Origin: Planctomycetota bacterium
GTDB lineage: Bacteria; Planctomycetota; Phycisphaerae; UBA1845
NCBI GenBank assembly: GCA_016200265.1
Contig: JACQFE010000012.1
Span: forward strand, 20,332 to 84,331
Length of the DNA stretch: 64,000 nucleotides
Direction: 5' to 3'
This document shows, piece by piece, positions 61,601 to 64,000 of this stretch; position 1 is the stretch's first letter; every line of letters starts with the position of its first letter. The translations under genes and the position numbers were made by a program. The notes below the pieces were generated by a model, which made no database searches, was not told the origin of the DNA, and was given only the letters and a program-made list of their open reading frames with translations.

Positions 61601-61990
61601 CCCCATCAAGGGGATGACTCCGGGCGGCAACTTTTCAGCGACTTGATTGAGACGTTCCTGGACGACCTGGCGGTCGTAGCGAATGTCCGTGCCCCAAGCG
61701 AACTCCACATAGACGACAGACAGACCAAGGCCCGAAGTGCTACGAACGCGCTCGACTCCGACCGCCCCGTTGAGCGCCGTTTCCAGATGGAACGTGACTT
61801 GTGTTTCGACTTCTTCTGGGGCTAACCCTGGCGCTTCAGTCAGCACGCTGACCGTTGGGCGATTGAGATCGGGCAATACGTCCGTCGGCAGCCGCATGGC
61901 CGTGAAGAGACCATACGCGGCGAGGAGCACCGCCGCAGCGAGCACCAGCACGCGATTGTGTAGCGAGAATCGTATGATGGCGTTAAGCAC
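58685..61990 (-). CDS. Heavy-metal efflux RND pump (CusA/CzcA family)
   Basis: 1101 aa, 12-TM RND architecture. N-terminus MLNAIIRFSLHNRVLVLAAAVLLAAYG and HME-type conserved blocks. Confidence 0.9.
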   Translation of the reverse strand: MLNAIIRFSLHNRVLVLAAAVLLAAYGLFTAMRLPTDVLPDLNRPTVSVLTEAPGLAPEEVETQVTFHLETALNGAVGVERVRSTSGLGLSVVYVEFAWGTDIRYDRQVVQERLNQVAEKLPPGVIPLMGPVSSIMGEIMLVGLRSEVLSPMDVRSLADWTLRPAFLSVAGIAQVTVMGGQVRQFQVLADPEKLRRFELTLSDLEEALKNANENSGGGFIIGGSQEFVVRNLGRVASVTDIETSLVATRTNEGVTRPILVRDVAIVREGGAPIKRGDGSMNAIPAVIMAIQKQPGADTRDLTGRIDAAIEQMRPTLPKDLVINADLFRQSHFIEAAIGNVEEALRDGSILVVIVLILFLMNVRTTLITLTALPISLLLTALTFKLLGQSINTMTLGGIAVAIGELVDDAVVDVENVFRRLRENRHLTNPRPAMDVVFDASSEIRNSIVYGTAVVLLVFLPLFALSGIEGRLFQPLAIAYIISILMSLVVSLTITPALAFYLLPNMKRMEHEKDGPVLRACKHFARRMYDVTMPRPWTVIGVALGFVALGVFLVTRLGSEFLPAFNEGTATINVIADPGISLAESDRLGAKAEELILSVPEVKSTGRRTGRAEQDEHAEGVHYSELDVDFWTEQEARESDKHVTVDGRMAPSAVRLKQVVLAEIRQKLETLSGVAIDVGQPISHRIDHLLSGVRAQIAVKITGQNLNALRSLADQVRAAMNGIKGVVDLQVEKQVLIPQVRIRVKREAAARVGFKPADLVRTLETALKGKVVSQVLDGLKSYDLVLLLDESIRNNIRKLNDVRIISPTGAVVLLSDVAGITETPGPNQISRENVQRRMVVSANVQGRDLGSTVAEIQKSLAMDLPAEKMPPGYFLSIGGQFEAQRSATRLLLLLGALSLVAMFALLYSHFRSVQMVVQVMLNIPFAFIGSTMALWLARENFSVASLVGFISLTGIASRNGILMITHYIHLMTHEGMEFGREMVVRGSQERVAPVLMTALTAGLALIPLVLAAGQPGKEILYPVALVVLGGLLTSTFLDFCITPTVFLHFGRKSSQRVVDEFRAAQGYMLTPGGSDGRVLPPATSRDKMEAIAAPVLGAGALG

Positions 61991-62049
61991 TTGAAGCCGT
62001 TTCCTTGTAACGGGTTGTTGGATACATGTTTCGAATCAGGCGCTTGCCC

Positions 62050-62784
62050 CTACGACATCAAAAGCCCGAGCGCCGCCATCGCAGCCATTCCGACATCTTC
62101 CACGAGTGTGATTTTGGTCATTGGCAGATTCAGCACCGTGCCTAGACATGCACACCGGATAGCCCTTTTGCGAAGGAGTGCATGGAAGACTCCCACGGAA
62201 CCCACAAGCATGACGACCAACGTAATCATGTTCGTCACCACGAGATTCCAACTTGCCAGGTAGGCAACGCCCAACCCCAATTCGACGAATGGATACACGA
62301 AGCCCCAGGTAGGCACGGCACCGGCGACTACGTCGTATGAACGAAACGCATCCGCAAAGCCGAGCAGATCGAGAAGCTTGAAGAATGAGAACACGACGAA
62401 GAATCCGCCCATGAACCGCGTCATCAAAAATGCGTGCGAAAAGTCCCGATGCAACCAAGCGAATAGGAACACGATCCCGACCAGGTAGCCCAAGATCAGC
62501 ACGAGCGGGTAAAGGCTTTCTTTTGAAACGTCGCCCTTCGCTTGATCTCCTGTAGCCGTCATCGCCGTGCGTTCGTCTGCAGCGTGCAGTGTGTACTTCC
62601 CTGCGTTATGCACCGCGTTCTGCAACTCTGCGAACGGCACATGGTTCTCCACCACCACGCGCGCCTCGGGGGGATTCAAACTCACTCGCACCGACGTAAC
62701 ACCATTGACGTTTCGGAGCGCACACGCAATCTTTTCCACGCAACTTTCGCAGTGCATTCCTTTGATGGTGTAAACGTGCTCCAT
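62050..62784 (-). CDS. HMA (heavy-metal-associated) domain fused to a MauE/DoxX-like 4-TM membrane domain
   Basis: YTIKGMHCESCVEKIACALRNVNGVTSVRVSL (MxCxxC ferredoxin-like HMA), then four hydrophobic helices. Confidence 0.65.
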   Translation of the reverse strand: MEHVYTIKGMHCESCVEKIACALRNVNGVTSVRVSLNPPEARVVVENHVPFAELQNAVHNAGKYTLHAADERTAMTATGDQAKGDVSKESLYPLVLILGYLVGIVFLFAWLHRDFSHAFLMTRFMGGFFVVFSFFKLLDLLGFADAFRSYDVVAGAVPTWGFVYPFVELGLGVAYLASWNLVVTNMITLVVMLVGSVGVFHALLRKRAIRCACLGTVLNLPMTKITLVEDVGMAAMAALGLLMS

Positions 62785-62824
62785 GGCGCACCTAATAATT
62801 GCTTCGTGAACGAATATTGGCTTT

Positions 62825-64000
62825 CTATTTCGGCGACGCCGCTCCACCTGGGGCCGCCGCGGACGCAACGGAAGCTGCTTTGGGACGAAGCTGTGTCAGC
62901 GAATACGCACCCTGTGACACGACTACATCACCAGGGGCCAACCCGGCGAGCACCTCAACAAACTGATCGTTCGAAAGACCAGGCGTGATATCCTGCTTCT
63001 GATAAACGTCGCCATTCTTCGTAAAAACGAAATGCACCGGCCCGTCCTGAATTACGGCGGAGGCGGGAACGACCACGGCGGTCTTCGCCTCTCGCAGCAC
63101 GATCACCAAGTCGGCGTACATGCCCCCTCGCAATGTCCCGGCGGAATTCGGGGCCTCAATCAGAACATGAGCCGTCCGTTTGACCTCATCCAATACCGGG
63201 CTGATGAACTTCACGCGACCTTCGCCCAGGAACAACTCATCGGCTGCGATTCGAATGCGCACCTTGTCGGACGAACGGCTCACGACCCGGGCAATCAGCG
63301 ACTCTGGCAGCTCGCCCTCAACCTGCACAACCGAATAATCCGCAATCTCAAGCAGAGTTTCTCCCGGAGCGGCCCAGTGGCCCGATCGCGCCGACCGCGC
63401 GATGACCACCCCATCCGCAGGGGCCAACAGACGAACCAGGTTGATGGTTTGATCGTCGGCGGGACGCGAGACCGACCCTTTCTGCGCTGGTTCGACGTTG
63501 GCGATGGCCACCAGTGCGTCCCGCGAGAGACGCAGGGCAACGGCCTGATTCTTAAGTGCTTCAGCTTCCTTGTTCGCGATCTCTAAATCTACCGCCTTTA
63601 GCTTTGCCTCGCCGCGCGCCTTCAGGGCTGCCGCACGCCGCTCACCCAACACATTGAGAGGAACGGCGTTCGCCCCTGCGTCTTCGGAGCGTTGAAGTTC
63701 CGCCTCGGCGAGGCCTGCGGCCGCTTGCGAATTCTCGATCTCGACCTGTAGTTGTTTCACTCGACCCTCAGCGCGTGCGATGTCCACTAGCAATTTCTGG
63801 TAGTCGGCCTCCAGTTTGCGGACTTCGTAAATGTTTCGGGCGAGCTCAGGCGAGTCGATTTCGATCAGCAGGTCGCCTTCTTTGACCCGGTCGCCTACCT
63901 GTACGCGCACCGAGAGAACCTTGCCCGGCGTACGCGTGGCGACGGCCCAATGCCGATCCGGCGCCGCGCGAACGATACCTGACAGCGGCAAGACATCTTC
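62825..64000 (-). CDS. RND membrane fusion protein (CusB/CzcB family), 5' end beyond the window
   Basis: Lipoyl/barrel-sandwich motifs (GKVLSVRVQVGDRVKEGDLLIEIDSPEL), coiled-coil hairpin, beta-barrel domain. The frame remains open to the window end. Confidence 0.8.
   Translation of the reverse strand, partial: EDVLPLSGIVRAAPDRHWAVATRTPGKVLSVRVQVGDRVKEGDLLIEIDSPELARNIYEVRKLEADYQKLLVDIARAEGRVKQLQVEIENSQAAAGLAEAELQRSEDAGANAVPLNVLGERRAAALKARGEAKLKAVDLEIANKEAEALKNQAVALRLSRDALVAIANVEPAQKGSVSRPADDQTINLVRLLAPADGVVIARSARSGHWAAPGETLLEIADYSVVQVEGELPESLIARVVSRSSDKVRIRIAADELFLGEGRVKFISPVLDEVKRTAHVLIEAPNSAGTLRGGMYADLVIVLREAKTAVVVPASAVIQDGPVHFVFTKNGDVYQKQDITPGLSNDQFVEVLAGLAPGDVVVSQGAYSLTQLRPKAASVASAAAPGGAASPK

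Noticed and set aside
1-64000. CRISPR arrays, rRNA genes, IS elements/transposases
   Set aside because: I found no regularly spaced short direct repeats, no rRNA-like sequence and no transposase-like ORF or terminal inverted repeat pair anywhere in the window.

Overview
High-GC bacterial window. The gene content fits a Planctomycetota-like chromosome: an ELWxxDGT-repeat protein, IPTL-CTERM-like sorting tails, dockerin/EF-hand-like repeats and an ECF sigma / Ser-Thr kinase pair. This taxonomic call is an inference from content only. The window has three blocks. (1) 1-11.3 kb is mostly housekeeping: a disrupted ParA, an ELWxxDGT protein, a FecCD/BtuF-type ABC importer, an Flp-like pilin, RarA, 5-formyl-THF cyclo-ligase and an MlaA-hydrolase fusion. 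(2) About 11.3-40.4 kb is an integrated mobile element next to tRNA-Gly(UCC). It carries a tyrosine integrase, a type IV coupling protein, a MobF/TrwC relaxase with an RHH accessory protein, ParA plus a partner, an Xis-like HTH, an orphan DNA methyltransferase and a PIN/RHH toxin-antitoxin pair. It also carries a ParB-like protein, a 1531-codon methyltransferase + strawberry-notch-like helicase ORF, DUF932-like and ArdC-like genes and several small paralogous genes of unknown function. No mating-pore genes are present. (3) 40.6-64 kb encodes secreted/IPTL-CTERM proteins with a LuxR regulator, an ECF sigma + Ser/Thr kinase, an FTR1/DtxR/CbiX iron-type cluster, a galactose-oxidase-like protein and a heavy-metal RND efflux operon with unusual accessory proteins. 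The most interesting unexplained signals are all inside the mobile element. First, a ~1.1 kb ORF-free, hairpin-dense segment precedes an oppositely oriented five-ORF module of unknown function. Second, a 113-aa ORF with a perfect Shine-Dalgarno sits in an alternative frame inside the giant methyltransferase-helicase ORF. Third, a three-copy family of ~85-aa proteins. Fourth, a recurring stem-loop placed immediately 5' of the Shine-Dalgarno of many element genes. All functional calls rest on motifs I recognise by eye. No database search was run.
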